DNA from: Octopus vulgaris
Taxonomy: Eukaryota
Reading direction: 5' to 3'
Assembly: GCA_951406725.2 (NCBI GenBank)
Contig: OX597814.1
Span: forward strand, 53,010,001-53,074,000
DNA length: 64,000 nucleotides
A program made the translations under genes and the position numbers. A model generated the notes under the pieces. That model had not been told where the DNA came from. It made no database searches and was given only the letters and a program-made list of their open reading frames with translations. This document shows positions 37,206 through 50,984 of this stretch, piece by piece (position 1 is the stretch's first letter; every line of letters starts with the position of its first letter).

Positions 37206-40200
37206 GTGAGTAATAATAACCTTAACAGCAAGGTTAAGGACTATCTTTTAAATTTTTATGAATCTACATTATATAAATAGCATTATTATTAACTAAGGCC
37301 ACTTTTCACTAACAAACTGAAAGTATAATTTTTTTTTTAACTCTATTAAATATAGGATTAATAATTAAACTTTGTTTAATATGTGATTAATATATGATTT
37401 GTTTAAAGGTTTGAAAGTCATACCTATTGATTTGTGCATCCACTCTAAAACTGTTTATTGTAGTTACTAATCTCTTCATTGTTGTGGTAGCCACCATCAT
37501 ATATTAAGTTTTGACTATTTAATTGCTTTGGTTCCAAACTGTTTGTTCAATCTTGGTAACTTTTTGGTGACATATTTGATGTTCTTTTTTGAACAGTACA
37601 GTAAAGATATGGGCAAGGAGATAGCTGACACTCTGAGAATAAAGGATTGGACATATTGTTTAGAGTAGAATCAACAGTGAGGAGTATAAGTGATGAGATG
37701 AAGAAGAAAGATATATAAATTGGGTGGGCCTGGCTGGAGCTCCAAGGAGCAGAGACCACTGTAGTTGTAGAAAAAAATGCTGAGTAAAGGGACAGTGCAT
37801 CTGTAGACCAGAAGTTGGAGTGTGTTTCCACTATGCTAAACAGTTGGATGTTCTTATGGGGATTATGATCTATGATGTTTTATAGGTAACTGCAGCATCA
37901 TTTTAGATATAGGAACAGTATTCCTTTGTGAGTCTCACTTGAACTTCATAGAGAACTATCAGATGTTGAAAGCTCAATTATTTTCTTTACTAGAAGACAA
38001 AGGCCAATATTGGAATGCAATTTTTACATGCATATCTTCTTTATAATCTGCTGCTAACAAAAATTTTACAGCTACACTATTTTATGTCTGTAAGATTTGC
38101 TGACTATCTGCAAAATATGATAAGGGGGTAGTTTCTGGTAGTGGTCATTTGGGGGTACCTTCTGAGGGCACGATCTGCAGTGCTGTATATCAAGAGACAG
38201 TAATTGTTGTTTAGTATGCATTACAAATTTGCTGCAAAATATTGGATAGTTTGTGTCCTTCAGAATATATTAGAGTAAAAAGCTCTACTGTATAAGATAT
38301 TACATATAGCAATATATTCGTTGTGTAACAGTATATTTATAACTATGTATAAGATATTCATATGACAATGTACAATGTGTTACATCTATAAGTTGTTACA
38401 ACACCCAGTATGCACAGTAATGTATTCTTGTCCCATCACAAAAGTATGTGACTGTTTATGTTATACAACAAAGTAGTTATGATTAGTTCTATATCATTAC
38501 ACATAGTAGTGTGTAGTGGTGTATGAGGTATTACATGAGATAACCTGTAATTTCCATTGATATATCTCTGTTTAAATGTGAGGTATTTCATGGGATAGTG
38601 TTGTGTTATATAATAATGTGTTCCTCTCTGGCTGTAGGGTGGGGCATGTGTTAGTGTTGTGTTGTATAACCATGTATTCCTTACTGTAATATGTAGCATA
38701 TGATAGCATGTGTTATATAAACAGGTATTCTTGACTGGTGGTAAGGTATGGCGTGGAATAATATTGAGAGATATAATCAGGTATTCTTGAATGGTTGCAA
38801 TGTATGACATGATAGTGTTATATAATGATATATTCTTCATTGGCTGTACTGTATGGCGTGTGACAACCTGTATGGTGTGAATATAGTTTACTGACTTCTG
38901 AAGACAGGTGTTATTTCCTTCACTTTCATTCCCAAAGCCATTCTGTTGTTGTCTGCCTATCTAAAAAGTCTATTTCTGGCTTTCAATATTGATTTTGTCT
39001 CTTATAAATCTATCCTAGCCATCCACTATTCTTGGTCCTATCTGCACAGCTCTAACAACGTTTTGATAATGGTTAGGTTAACCACACAGATACACATGTG
39101 CATGCATCCACTGCACTCATGCACACACACACACACATCCTTTGCCATGCCATAGAAAAGCAGACCTCACTAGAGCTATTGTTTGCATACCATCTTTATG
39201 TATATTTATATTGTAGCTTTATGTTGTTGAATATAATGAGACTAAGGTGAAATAAATTGAAAGTTTTGTTTTGCAGTAGTAAGAGTTTTGTGCTTCACTG
39301 TTCTCTTTTGTTTCACTTTCTTTAAATTATTATGGCTTCATTGCCTTCACTGGTAGTTTTCCATTCTAATTCCAATATTTACTTTAGTCAGAGGAGAAAA
39401 GTTCAGTGCTCATAATTTTTAGTTGGGCCTCTAAGGCTTATATGAGGAAGGGTAGAAGTTATCCTCAGGCTGGAGACCTAGTTTTTATGCTTGTAACTAA
39501 GTAGACCCTGTTAAATATACTTATTGAGCCTGTAGGGTTGCTAAACTGGGAAGCTGATTAAGTTTATTGCCCATTGACTAAAATAGTCCCTCTGGTGGGC
39601 TTTGACACAGTTTTCATCTATCAAATTTCACTCACAAGTCTTTGGTTGATGCAAGATTATAGTAAGAACTCTTGTTTGAATACTGTGTTATGGGATTGAA
39701 ATTAAAACCCACCTAATTGTGACATTTACTTAATGATTAGCCCTGCTATTAACTTTGAATGAGTTTGAGCTATAAATTTAGTTTTGTTTAGTTTTGCAAG
39801 TTAATGAATCAGAAAATTTTGAATTGGGCTATAAATCTTTTGCATGCATTAGTGACTGGCAGATTGTTTAAATGTTTCCTCTGAAGTATTTGAAAGATAT
39901 CTGAATGTAGATATTAATTTGGTTTTTAACTTGTTTGAAATGTATCTGAATAATTATGGGTTCTTGAATGTGAAACTGCTTAAATAGAATTTTGATACAT
40001 ATGAATGTGAAGAAAATGGTTAAAGTGGTTGGCAACATCCTTCATTCCATTTGTAAATTTCTTCTTGCAAGCCAAAATTCTTGAAGATGCCACATGTTCA
40101 AGAACTTTCCATGTTTATATAATGGTTTAGAATTGTCATCAGCATCAAAAAAGTAGGGGTATTCTAAATGAAGGGGTTCTATTCATAATTCTGGTTTCTA

Positions 40201-41100
40201 AACTGGGCTAAATTTTTTTAGTGGAGAAAATGTTTTTATTCCCTCTAAGTTAACATTTCATTACAACTGGTTTTTCCCTTTTAATCTTTCAATGTTTATA
40301 AAATTAGAACCAGTAAGAAATCCACTACTCACAGAGGAGGTCACATGGTTAGTCAAAAGTAATTTTTACAATAGAGGAGAAATTTTCATGTGTGGCTTAA
40401 TTGAAAAGAGGAATTTTAAAGGTTGTGATACTCTTTCCTATGAGTATTAGCAACATACTCCTATAATCCATAGCTAGTCTATGAATTCATCTAACTGAGA
40501 ACTTAGCCATTGTGTTATGATGCTCATTGCTTCATTGAAAATGGTGATGATAACAGCACTGATAATGCTGTTGTAGACAGTTTTGCTTTACCTACAGTGT
40601 AACTGCTGGTCTTAATCTTTTTCCGTTACTGTTAGAGACAGTATTAAGGTTAGAAAATTATTTTAGGGTTGAAAGTATAATTAGTGAAGAAAAAATCAGT
40701 GGAATTGCTATTTGTTATTTTTGATTGAAATCATCAAACACTTAATATTTATATTAATATTAATATATTCAGTGCTTTTAAAAAGGTAAACTTGAAATAG
40801 TTGTTAATAAAATGACTAATATTGCTTTCATTTGTTTAGCAAATATTGGTCAGCTCAGGGTATGTTTTGGTCTCATGCTGACCTCATCTGCAAAGCATAG
40901 TCTATACCATACTTGCTGAAGTAGTGATGAGAGAATCATTAAGTAATAACTTGCTTACTTTCATTGGATGAATGATTTCATTACATATGAGTTGAGACTT
41001 TCACATTAATTTAGGATTGAAGATGTTTCATGGTAAAAATCATTTTGATAATGTTGTGTTCATTAGAAAGTTAATTAAGAATAGAACTATTTTTATTTGG

Positions 41101-41427
41101 GAATTACGGAGATGTGCTTGCATAGCAAGTGAACTGATCTGAGATCGGGTGCTGAAACAAAAACAGTTGCAGCATGGAAGGTGTTTATAAGCCATTTAAA
41201 ACACACACAAAAAAAACGTTAAATTGTCAAAATATTTTCATCACTTTGAAACCGCAACCTGTTCTCTGACAAAATTTAGTGCTGCATCTTGAAATTTTGC
41301 CAGCGGGCTGGTTGCAGTTTCAAAGCGATGAAAATATTTTGACAAATTAAATTTAAATGTTGAAGTGAATCTAACAGTTTTTGTGTGTTTTTAGATGGCT
41401 TATAAACACTTTCCATGCTGCAATTGT
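41101..41427 (-). repeat. Fold-back element (~265-nt palindrome plus tail on the left) with a variant hammerhead-like motif on each arm
   Basis: 41163-41276 is the inverted complement of 41292-41427, with a ~25-nt gap on the left arm. Each arm has GAAA-ATAT-TT closed by TTGTCA/TGACAA. Confidence 0.85.
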
Positions 41428-43909
41428 ATTTTTATTTGATTTTCCTAATTCAAAAAACTTCAATTAATGATTAGACACAGATATTTTCAAATATGTAGAA
41501 TCAGTCTCATTTGCTAATTTATCACTAATATCATGAAATATATAAAAATGAAAAATAAGAATGCTCCTCACCTGAAAGAACAAACAAACAAACAAGATTA
41601 ATGATGAAGTTAGTTACAACCAATAAATAGTAATTGCATGTTGTGATAGAAATTTAATTAGAGGTGAATGTTCTTGTTAGGCAATAAAGTAAGTTTTCAT
41701 CAATTAGAGAAAATTAAGCTTAAAATCTTTAACTGAGACAAATAATTACAAGTAGAGAGATTAATTTAAAGCTCTTTTGAATCAAGACAGTTATGGGACC
41801 AATGGTATGTGATAGCTCTTAATTAGTGACTTACATTTCTTTTTATTTGATTTTTTTTAGTAAGAAAGGAAGGACTGTATACAAAATATGTCCACCTAAA
41901 CAAGGAGATTAAAATAATTATGGCTCACAATAACAATAACAATAGTATGAACATGATAAACAACACCATCTGAAATGAAAAACACAAAAAAAAAATCACA
42001 TGAGATCATGTGGTGCTCTGGTGTATTTTAAATTTAGAATGAAATATCTTTGATCTTAAGTGTAAACAGCAACAATATAATTAACAAAAACAATAAAGAC
42101 CACTGTCACATGAACAATATCTTCACCAAAGCCCAAACCACCAACACCGCTACCCTCAAACTATCAGCTTTTAAATGACCAATAAGTGACAGCAATAATA
42201 GTATCAGCTTGGTTGCAATGTCTGTAGTTACATATGTTGTATGCCAACACAGTGGGTGTGTGTCTGTATGTGAGCAGAGCGTGAAGTTTATATGGATCGA
42301 GTTAGAAGCAGAAGGGGAAAAGTACCAATCATACAGTTCTTCTTTCCACCTCACTCCTTCACTTTTTCAGCTTCTCATATCCATTCTTACACACATAAGA
42401 ATTTGACAGCTCTTACTATTACAATTCAAGTTGTTTGGAAAGAAGTCATTAAGTGGTCATAATGCAAATAGGAAATTAAAAGGATTATACTGCATATTAA
42501 ACTTGATGTTTTAAAAAGGCTTGATGTGAAAGAAAACAATCAACCACCTTGCCAAAATATTAAAGTTTGCAATGTGTACAATGAGAATAATACATGACAA
42601 TAAAAAGAAAATTAAGTCAAGTGCTCAAGAAGTTACTCCTTCAACTGCTTAGACCTTATTTTTTCATAGATTTAATGTTTACATGAATCAAAAAATATAT
42701 GGCCAGCCTCTTTCCATGACTTTATAAGTTTTCCACAAGCTGAAAGTCTACATCAAATTCAGAAAGGTATTGTGACACTTGCAAATGATGTAGGGTGTCA
42801 TAGAGAATGATGTGGTTGACATCCTGCTGTCCTATAGAGAAAGTTTATTTATCAAGGAGTTGATGTTAGTTATTTGAATAAAAGCAAGCAGGTAATACAG
42901 ATGTGAGAATATAGAAATTCTAACAACTACACTTAAGTTGACAGGAAAGAATATTGCTAAAGTGTTGGAAGGTCTGAAAGTTTTTATTGATGACATCCCT
43001 AATTGTGAAGGTAACATAAAAATTACAAAACAAGTTATAGAGAGTTCAGTTCCTGCACTGAACTTTCATCATCATTGTTTAATATGCTCCTTCCATGATG
43101 GCATGGGTTGGATAATGACAGGAGCTAGCCAGGTAGAAGACTGCACCATAATTCTGTGTCTGTTTTGGTATGGTTTTTACGGCTGGATGCCCTTCATAAC
43201 ACCTACCACTCTGCAGGGTGGGCTAGTCTATTTTATGTAGCACTTGCACAGGCGAGGTCAGTTTTGGCATGATTTTCACAGCTGGATGCCCTTCCAAATA
43301 CCAACCCCTTTACAGTGTGGACTGGGTGCTTTTTAAGTGGCACCTGCATTGGCAAAGTCACCAAGTATGTTTGCAAGACTAGGAATTTTTGAGAGAGGAG
43401 TGGGTATTGGAAGAAATGATTATGTGTCAAATGTTAGAGTGTGAAAGAGAGAGAGAAATAGATGCCTTGCTGTAGAGGAGGTACATGGTTACCCAGCCAG
43501 AGAGAGGGAGAGAAAGCGAGTGAAAGTTAACAGGAATAAGGGCAGAAACAGATGTACTGAAGAGGAGGGATATGGTTACCTAGAGAGAGAGGGAGGTTAA
43601 CAAGAAACCTGCTGCAAAGGAGATACATGGTTACCTAGCCAGAGGTAGGAGCAAAAGAAGGAGGGAGAGAGAGTGACCAAGAATGAGGGCAGAAATAGGT
43701 TTGTTTCTGTAGAGGAGATACATGAAAAGGGAAGATCAAGGGAAAGAGAAAGTAGGAGAATGTAAGAATAGGAGAGGGATGATAGTAAGTGCCAGGGAAT
43801 GGTGATCAGGGCATAGATGGGCTGGTAGATTCAGGAAGAAAGAGATGAATGGTGGCAGGGTATTGCCAAGATATATAGAGGGGGAGGGGACACGGGAAGA
43901 GATAATGCA

Positions 43910-45180
43910 CCATAAACAATACAGTTCTATATTTGAGAGATGAGGAATTATGTAATTATTTGCATTATTTACATTTGACGGATATTTGTCCTCATCTTGT
44001 TTGTTGTTAACACAACGTTTTGGCTGATGTACTCTCCAGCCTTCATCAAGTGTCCTAAGGTATTTTTCTGATGTTATTATTTCCATGCATGATCAGCTGA
44101 TTTATTAATATCTCCTTGTGTCACAGCTTTGCAATGATCCAGGACATCCATATACCAGAAATATGGATCCAGGACATCTGTATACTGCAAGCCAACCTTC
44201 ACTGGATGATATCTCAACTTCAATTCCCACCATCCATACAGTGTAAAGAGAAGGATTGCTCAGTGCCTAAAACATTGAGCAAAGAATATAAGTAGTGATC
44301 CTGATACACACCACGAAGAATTGATCGAGCTAAGTAACAATCTGTTAAGCAACAACTACCCCCAAAACATACTATCCACTCCAATTATGAAGAAAAGAGA
44401 GGATGAAACTCATAAACTGACCACAGTCTGTCTACCCTATGTGAAAGGCCTCTCCAAAAAGATACAAAAGATATGTGGCTTATATGACATCAGGACAGTA
44501 TTCAAAAGTAATACAACACTTTGCAAATATCTCTTTTGAGTAAAACCACAATTAGAAGAGAATATGACCAAAGACTGCATGTACTCCATCCTATGCAGCT
44601 GTGGTTATACAAGTTATACAAAGGCAAAACATGTTGCCCCCTCAGAATAAGGGTAGAGGAACATTGTAAAGCTGTGACATGAGGAGATACTGATAAATCT
44701 AATATAACTGATTATGTATGGAAAAACGGAGACCATCTCCCTCTGTGGGATGTAGTTAAAAATAATAGACTGAGAATACCACTGGAAAATATGAAGACTA
44801 AAAGAGGCAGCACATATGCTAGGTCATAATAATCTCCTAAGCAGACCTGGTGCAGATATGAGTAGCATATGGGAACTGGTATTAAGGAAGGACAGGAAAA
44901 TATTAGATTTACAAGCCCTAAAATTCACCCTATAATTACCCATTGACATGTGGCGTGGTGGTTAAGAGTGCGGGCTACTAACCCCAAGATTCCGAGTTCG
45001 ATTCCAGGCAGTGACCTTAATAATAATAATAATGATACGAAGAAGAAGATTGGAGAAATACCTTAGGAATAAGAACCCAGGTCTCACCTGATGAATGCTG
45101 GAGAGTACAGCAGCCAAAATGTTGTGTTAACAACAAAGATGAGGACAAATATCCGTCAAATGTAAATAATGTAAATAATA
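43910..45180 (+). mobile_element. Penelope-like retroelement remnant with inverted pseudo-LTRs
   Basis: YLNFNSHHPYSVKR..., NNYPQN..., VCLPYVKGLSKKIQKI...IRTVFKSNTTL..., then a decayed GIY-YIG (CMYSILCSCG...RIRVEEH). 43955-44070 is an inverted copy of 45055-45180, and both carry a decayed hammerhead. Confidence 0.88.
44949..45035 (+). mobile_element. Short tRNA-derived SINE-like unit with (AAT)n tail inside the Penelope remnant
   Basis: A box tggcgtggtgg, B box gagttcgattcc, anticodon-arm-like cgggctactaacccc, followed by taataataat. No convincing acceptor stem, so not called a tRNA gene. Confidence 0.65.
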
Positions 45181-45553
45181 AACATCAAACAATTTTGGAT
45201 AAGTTCTTTGTCAATTTGTAGATGTTAATGGAGATGAACTGTAAGATAGAGGTGTCCCTTATCCTCACAGTAATGCACATTCCATCATAACCCCTCAAAC
45301 TGTAGTTGGTCGCTTTTTTGGATGTGTTTCACTTGAAATGTTTTTATGTTTACATATTATACTGTCTATATTTAGAAATTGTTATTTTGATGCATAAAAG
45401 TGGTCATTATGCTTCTTTTAATTTTGCTGTTTTCTTTGAAGATATCCATTGGAATGCATTATTTTATAACATGGGGTTCAATGAGGAAATTAATTTTACC
45501 TAATGACAAGTTTTTCACGGACACATTTCGCTCTTAACATGTATTCATTATTG

Positions 45554-45614
<61 letters not shown>

Positions 45615-46294
45615 TGTGTGTGTGTGTGTGTGAGAGATAAAATATCTCCACGATTGGGTCATTAATTGAAGTGTGTTAGTGATTCTGTTTCACAAACCAC
45701 TTTTTTTGTAGTGGGAGTAATAATTCAAATGTTATTGTTTAGCTCTGGGTCAAGCTTAATTGAGAAAACATAATCAAAGGTATTTTAGCCATGACCATCT
45801 CTTTAAGAGTATCTGGGACAATGTTGTTTAATAAACCCTTTCTTAAGATGGTGGTTGTATTTTGAGGGAGTTTTGGCTACTATTGTTTGCAGATTGGCTC
45901 ACCACATAGATCTTTTGTTGGCTTATGCCATTATAACTATGTAAGTAGTATTTGAGTCCTGTGTTGTAGTGCTTAATAATATTGTTCTAGCTATGAAAAG
46001 AACTGCTTTAGATATTAGTAAAATTTAGATTTGGATATTTGATTTAGTCTATAGATATACAATGTTTATCTTATTCTATAAATATACAATGATTCTTTAA
46101 TAAATTTTTTAGGGATAAACTTTTCAATCTTTTATAATATAACTTTCATTTCATTTTTATGTAATCTTTGTAATATTACTTTTACTTCAAATGTTAATAT
46201 TCAAACAATACTTTAATCTTGAAATGGAATAGATTTTGTATCTAATTCACTTTCATCATCATTTTATCAGTATTTTATAATATGTATTTTTCAG

Positions 46295-46418
46295 TAACAT
46301 TGATACGGAGGAGCTCTGTGCTTACTTCTCTTTACATCTTGGAGCATTTAAAGATATTTATGCTGTACTTGATGACCTCAACTCCAATATGACCAGTGTC
46401 TTATTTTCTACCTCTCAA
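46295..46418 (+). CDS. NECAB: NECAB-like exon: (N)NIDTEELCAYFSLHLGAFKDIYAVLDDLNSNMTSVLFSTSQ
   Basis: ttttcag acceptor, CAA|gtaagt donor, 124 nt, phase-compatible with both neighbours. Matches NECAB 'NLDTEELCxYFSxHLG'. Confidence 0.95.
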
Positions 46419-48128
46419 GTAAGTCAACAATTTTGTAATTTATCTTTCTTCTACACACAGGAATAAACATGTTGTCTCAGCTTCAGGAGATTAGTTCAAA
46501 TTTATTTAAGGAATTTGTAAGTGATAGTAAACTAGATATCTGTGAGTCCCTAGTGACTTAAAAGTCCTTTCACTGTTTTAACTTACTTCCATAGTCTACT
46601 TTTTAGCATCCTACCATTATATAAAATTGTCATATTTATGTAAACCTGGTTATAGGAATGGTTAGAAAATGTGATTGATGTAATGATCAGGCTTTAGGGC
46701 AAGAATAACTGCTGTTACTTTTGATGAGGAGCATAGCCATATATTAGTGAGAGGCTATAGGAAAGATATGAAATCATAATTTCCAACTGAGGTAGTGGCT
46801 GAAGTGGCAGAAACTAGTTTTGTTGAAAAATCAATCAAGAGTGGATTATTGTTTGGGCACTATCTCTTCCTCAAGAACACTTGTCACAAGAATATGAAAA
46901 AATGATGTAATTTAAAAATTAAAATTATTTTATAAATCAGAAACAATTTATTTTTGAACAGTAATATTTAAAAAATAAAAAGTGGGAAGAGAAGATTCAG
47001 TAAAAGAAAAAAGAAGATTCTAAAAAGCAAAATTTAATTTCGCATGGTTTTATGATTGAAATGTTGAATTTTATATCAGGTGAGTCATTTTGATGTTTGA
47101 GTTGGTTTTCTTACACTAGTTTGATTTGCTGTTACTATCTGCACTAATTTAAAACAATATGTTATTTAGGCTTTTGTTTTAATGATGATAATTTCTAATT
47201 TTGGTGCAGGCATGACTGTGAGGTTAAAAGTTCACTTTGCAATCATGTAATTTTGAGTTCAGTGCAGCACCTTGGGCAAGTGTCTTGTTCCATAAGTCTG
47301 ACCAATGCCTTGTGAATGAATTTGTTGGGTGGAAACTGTGTGGAAGCCTGTTTTGTGTGTCTTTGTGCCTGTGTTTGTCTCATCCCACCAGTTGACAACT
47401 AGTGGTGTTTTGTTTACATCCAGTAACTTAGCAGTTTGGTATAAAAGATCAATACATTAAATATCAGACTTAAAAAAATAAGTACTGGGTTCGTTCTGTT
47501 TCACTAAAACTCTTCGAGGTGGTACTCTAGCATAGTTACTATCCAGTGACTGAAACAAGTAAAACAATAAAAGATAAAAAAGAATTATTTAAAACTCTCC
47601 CCCAAATAAGCTACTTTTTGTGTTTCTTGATTGAGAATATCTTGGGGATGAATATAACACACCACATGGCTTTGTCTTTGAATTTAAGGAAAAGGATCTT
47701 ACTTTGTTTACATTTATTGAAATGAAGAAACACATTTTTCTTTTTTTTTTCCTTTTCAATTTGTCAGAAGAGCAGGGCAAACACTTATACCCCTTTATTG
47801 GTCTTATCCAGGGGTCCTCAACCATTTTTTATCCATGAACCCTTTTGATTACTATTTTATTCTAGTGGACTCCCATAGCAATTCAATGTTTAAAAACTAG
47901 TTTTATAGAAACTGCTTTTAAAATTCCTATTTTGATTTTCACATATTAACTTGTATAGGTTGACCATTAGAGAAACAAATTTAGCCATTTCTTGCAATAC
48001 ATACATACCAATACATACATCTAAAGCAAAATTTTTTCAGGGGCCTTTAAAATATTAATGTGGATCCCCAATATACCATTTTGTTGTGTGGACCCCTAAA
48101 AACCTTATTATTTCAAACATTGATTATA

Positions 48129-48768
48129 TTGGGTTGGCAAGAAAGTAATTTCGTTTTTCACAAATAGATAGAGTTACGATTTTTTTGAATGACTTTTGTC
48201 AATGTTATGATTTTTTCCTTTTGACATTTGAAAGCCATTACGTTTAGCTTACTTTAGAAGCAAATTCTGCGTAATTTTGTTTACAGCTGTTAGTTCAGTG
48301 TCAATTTTAACATGGAGTGCAAAAACGAACGTTTTTGCCATATTTTGTTTTTTATTTCCTTAAAGGCAAAAAAGCTGTTGAGGCTCACAAAGAAATAATT
48401 GAAGTTTATGGTGTTGATTGTTTAACAGAATGCACATGTCAGAAATGGTTTAAAAGATTCCATTCTAGAGATTTTTCACTCAAAGATGACCAACATTTTG
48501 GTCGCCCTACTGAAGTTGATGATTACTGAATCAAAGCCATTATTGAATCTGCTTGCAAAATTCTTTGAATGGTAAAACTTTCAATAATGATGGTGACCTG
48601 AAATTGCACTTGCTTCAGTTTTTGACTGATAAGGACCAGAAGTTCTATGAGCACAGAATCATGAAGTTGCCAGAAAGATGGCAAAAGGTCATTGAACAAA
48701 ATGGAAAATATATAATTGATTAAATTAAATGACACTAAAAAACTGAAATTACTTTCTTGCCAACCCAA
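48129..48768 (+). mobile_element. Internally deleted mariner element with both TIRs and TA target duplication
   Basis: TA-ttgggttggcaagaaagtaatttc ... gaaattactttcttgccaacccaa-TA. N-terminal HTH (KGKKAVEAHKEIIEVYG...CQKWFKRF..GRP) joined to the C-terminus (IMKLPERWQKVIEQNGKYI). The DDD core is missing. Confidence 0.92.
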
Positions 48769-48839
48769 TATTATTCATTACAGATATACTTCTTTCTACC
48801 TTTTAAAATTTTTCTTGTGTTTCTCATAATAGAAAAAGC

Positions 48840-48875
<36 letters not shown>

Positions 48876-48910
48876 TATGGAAAACGGACGCTAAACGATG
48901 ATGATGATGA

Positions 48911-48946
<36 letters not shown>

Positions 48947-49902
48947 TTACTTTGTTTTCTGTGTATTGCTTCCTGAAGAGGATTCTTGCCAACTCTGTTT
49001 GCGACTGAGGATGAATAAAACTAGCTTGAAACTGAGTTGGTCTCATGATCCTGTTGTCTGCTAGAGGGTGGTAGGGGTTTACTTTCCTGCTTGCAATATA
49101 CACCGGGTGAGGCTGTACCTATAACCAGCTGGTGGAAGATCTGCCTGGTATTAAACAGTAGTAATATTGAATAGCCATATTAATGTGGCAATTCTTCTCT
49201 TGCTTTTCTTTCTGGCTAGGTAACCTAGTATCTCCTTTACTTCAGCACACATGTTTCTGTCCTCTCTCTTGTACTTCTCTCTCCCCCTCTCTTTCTTCTT
49301 CTCCCTGTCTTTCTCTCTCTCTCTCTTGCTGGCTAACCATGTACTTCTATAGCAAGATACCTGTTTTTGCTCCTATTTCTTTCTCACTCTCTGACCTTTT
49401 ACTATCTGACATAAGATCTCTTCCTCCAATGCCCCCCCACCAATCTCAAAATACCATGTCTTGCAAGTTACTTGGTGACCCTCCCAGTGTTGGTGCCATG
49501 TAAAAAGCATTCAGTCCACATTGTGAAGTGGTTGGCATTTGGAAGGGCATCCAGCTGTAAAAATCATGTCAAAACTAACCTTGCCTGTGCTGGTGCCACG
49601 TAAAAAGGTCTTAGTCTACACTGCAGAATGGTTGGTGTAAGGAAGGGCATTCAATGGTAAAAACCTTGCCAAAACAGACACAATAGCCTGGGGTAGTCTT
49701 CTACCTGGCTGGTTCCTGTCCTACTCATGCATACATGGAAGTTGAATGTTAAATGATGATGTTGATATATATATATATCTCCAGATGTAGAGACCAAGCC
49801 AGAACAGACTGGAGCCTAGTGCAGCTCTCTGGCTTATCAGTTCCAGTTAAACCATCCAACCCATTACCAGCATGAATAACAGATGCTAAATGATGATGTT
49901 GA

Positions 49903-49941
<39 letters not shown>

Positions 49942-50375
49942 TGTCTCTAGCTGCTTGAAAACCAGTGTTGTTTGTTTATGTGTCAATAACTTGACAGTTC
50001 AGCAAAAGATCCTATTAGAATAAGTACCAGACTTTAAAAAAACAAGTACTGGGGTTGATTTGTTTAACTAAAGCCCTTCAAGGCAGTGACTCTGTATGGC
50101 TGCGGTCCTGCAGGCCAAGATGTAGTTGTGTCCTTAAAATACAGCTTTGTAATCATGTGGCTTTAGGTTCATTACACTCAATACTGTTATTAAAAAAAAT
50201 TAATCAACATATTAAATTAGAATTGTTGAATATATGACATTTTGGTACTTTTTTCATGTTCTGTTTTTGAAACATTATATAGGAAAAGCATCCTGCCCTA
50301 GAAAATTTGCCTCAATAAAAACTGTCTGTCCCACACATACATGGAAAAAAGGGTGTTGAAACAATGATGATGTGA

Positions 50376-50413
<38 letters not shown>

Positions 50414-50984
50414 CACACACACTATTTTAATGTATAGTTTTCCATGCTTGCATTGGGTCAAATAGAATTTGTTGAGGCAAACTTTTTATGGTGTGCTGTC
50501 CTTCTTGTTGTCAGCCCTCAACTGTTTCCAATTATGGTTATTTTTCTTTTTGACCAGAAGGATAGAAATGAATGACACTGCTTCTTAGTGAACGGAGTAA
50601 TAGTAATGTTTCTCTTTAAATGGCTCTCATCATTTTACATTTTTGCTTATAGTACTGAAACCCAGTTTAGCTTTGTCAAGTCATATGTATAATAAAATAG
50701 CTATAGATCTATCTTAAAATAGTGTAAACTCTTTATGTTGTGGCTGCATTTATGCTTCAATTAATTTTCTTTATTATCATGATACTGGAGTATCTTGAGA
50801 TTTTGTGTGGTATTGACCTGTTCAAATTTCAAAATTTAATTCATGATATGATGAAATTTTAGTAGAGATTTTAATGTAAATATGAGCACTTTTGTAAGCT
50901 TGGTCTCAAGTGGATTAGCTTTAAAATAATTAGTGGACAACTGTATACAATAGGCTCATTATCATTATATAAAAACAGGCTAGG

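Noticed and set aside
44949-45020. Possible tRNA gene
   Set aside because: It has A/B boxes but no proper acceptor stem or oligo-T terminator, and it ends in (AAT)n. A SINE-like unit is more likely.
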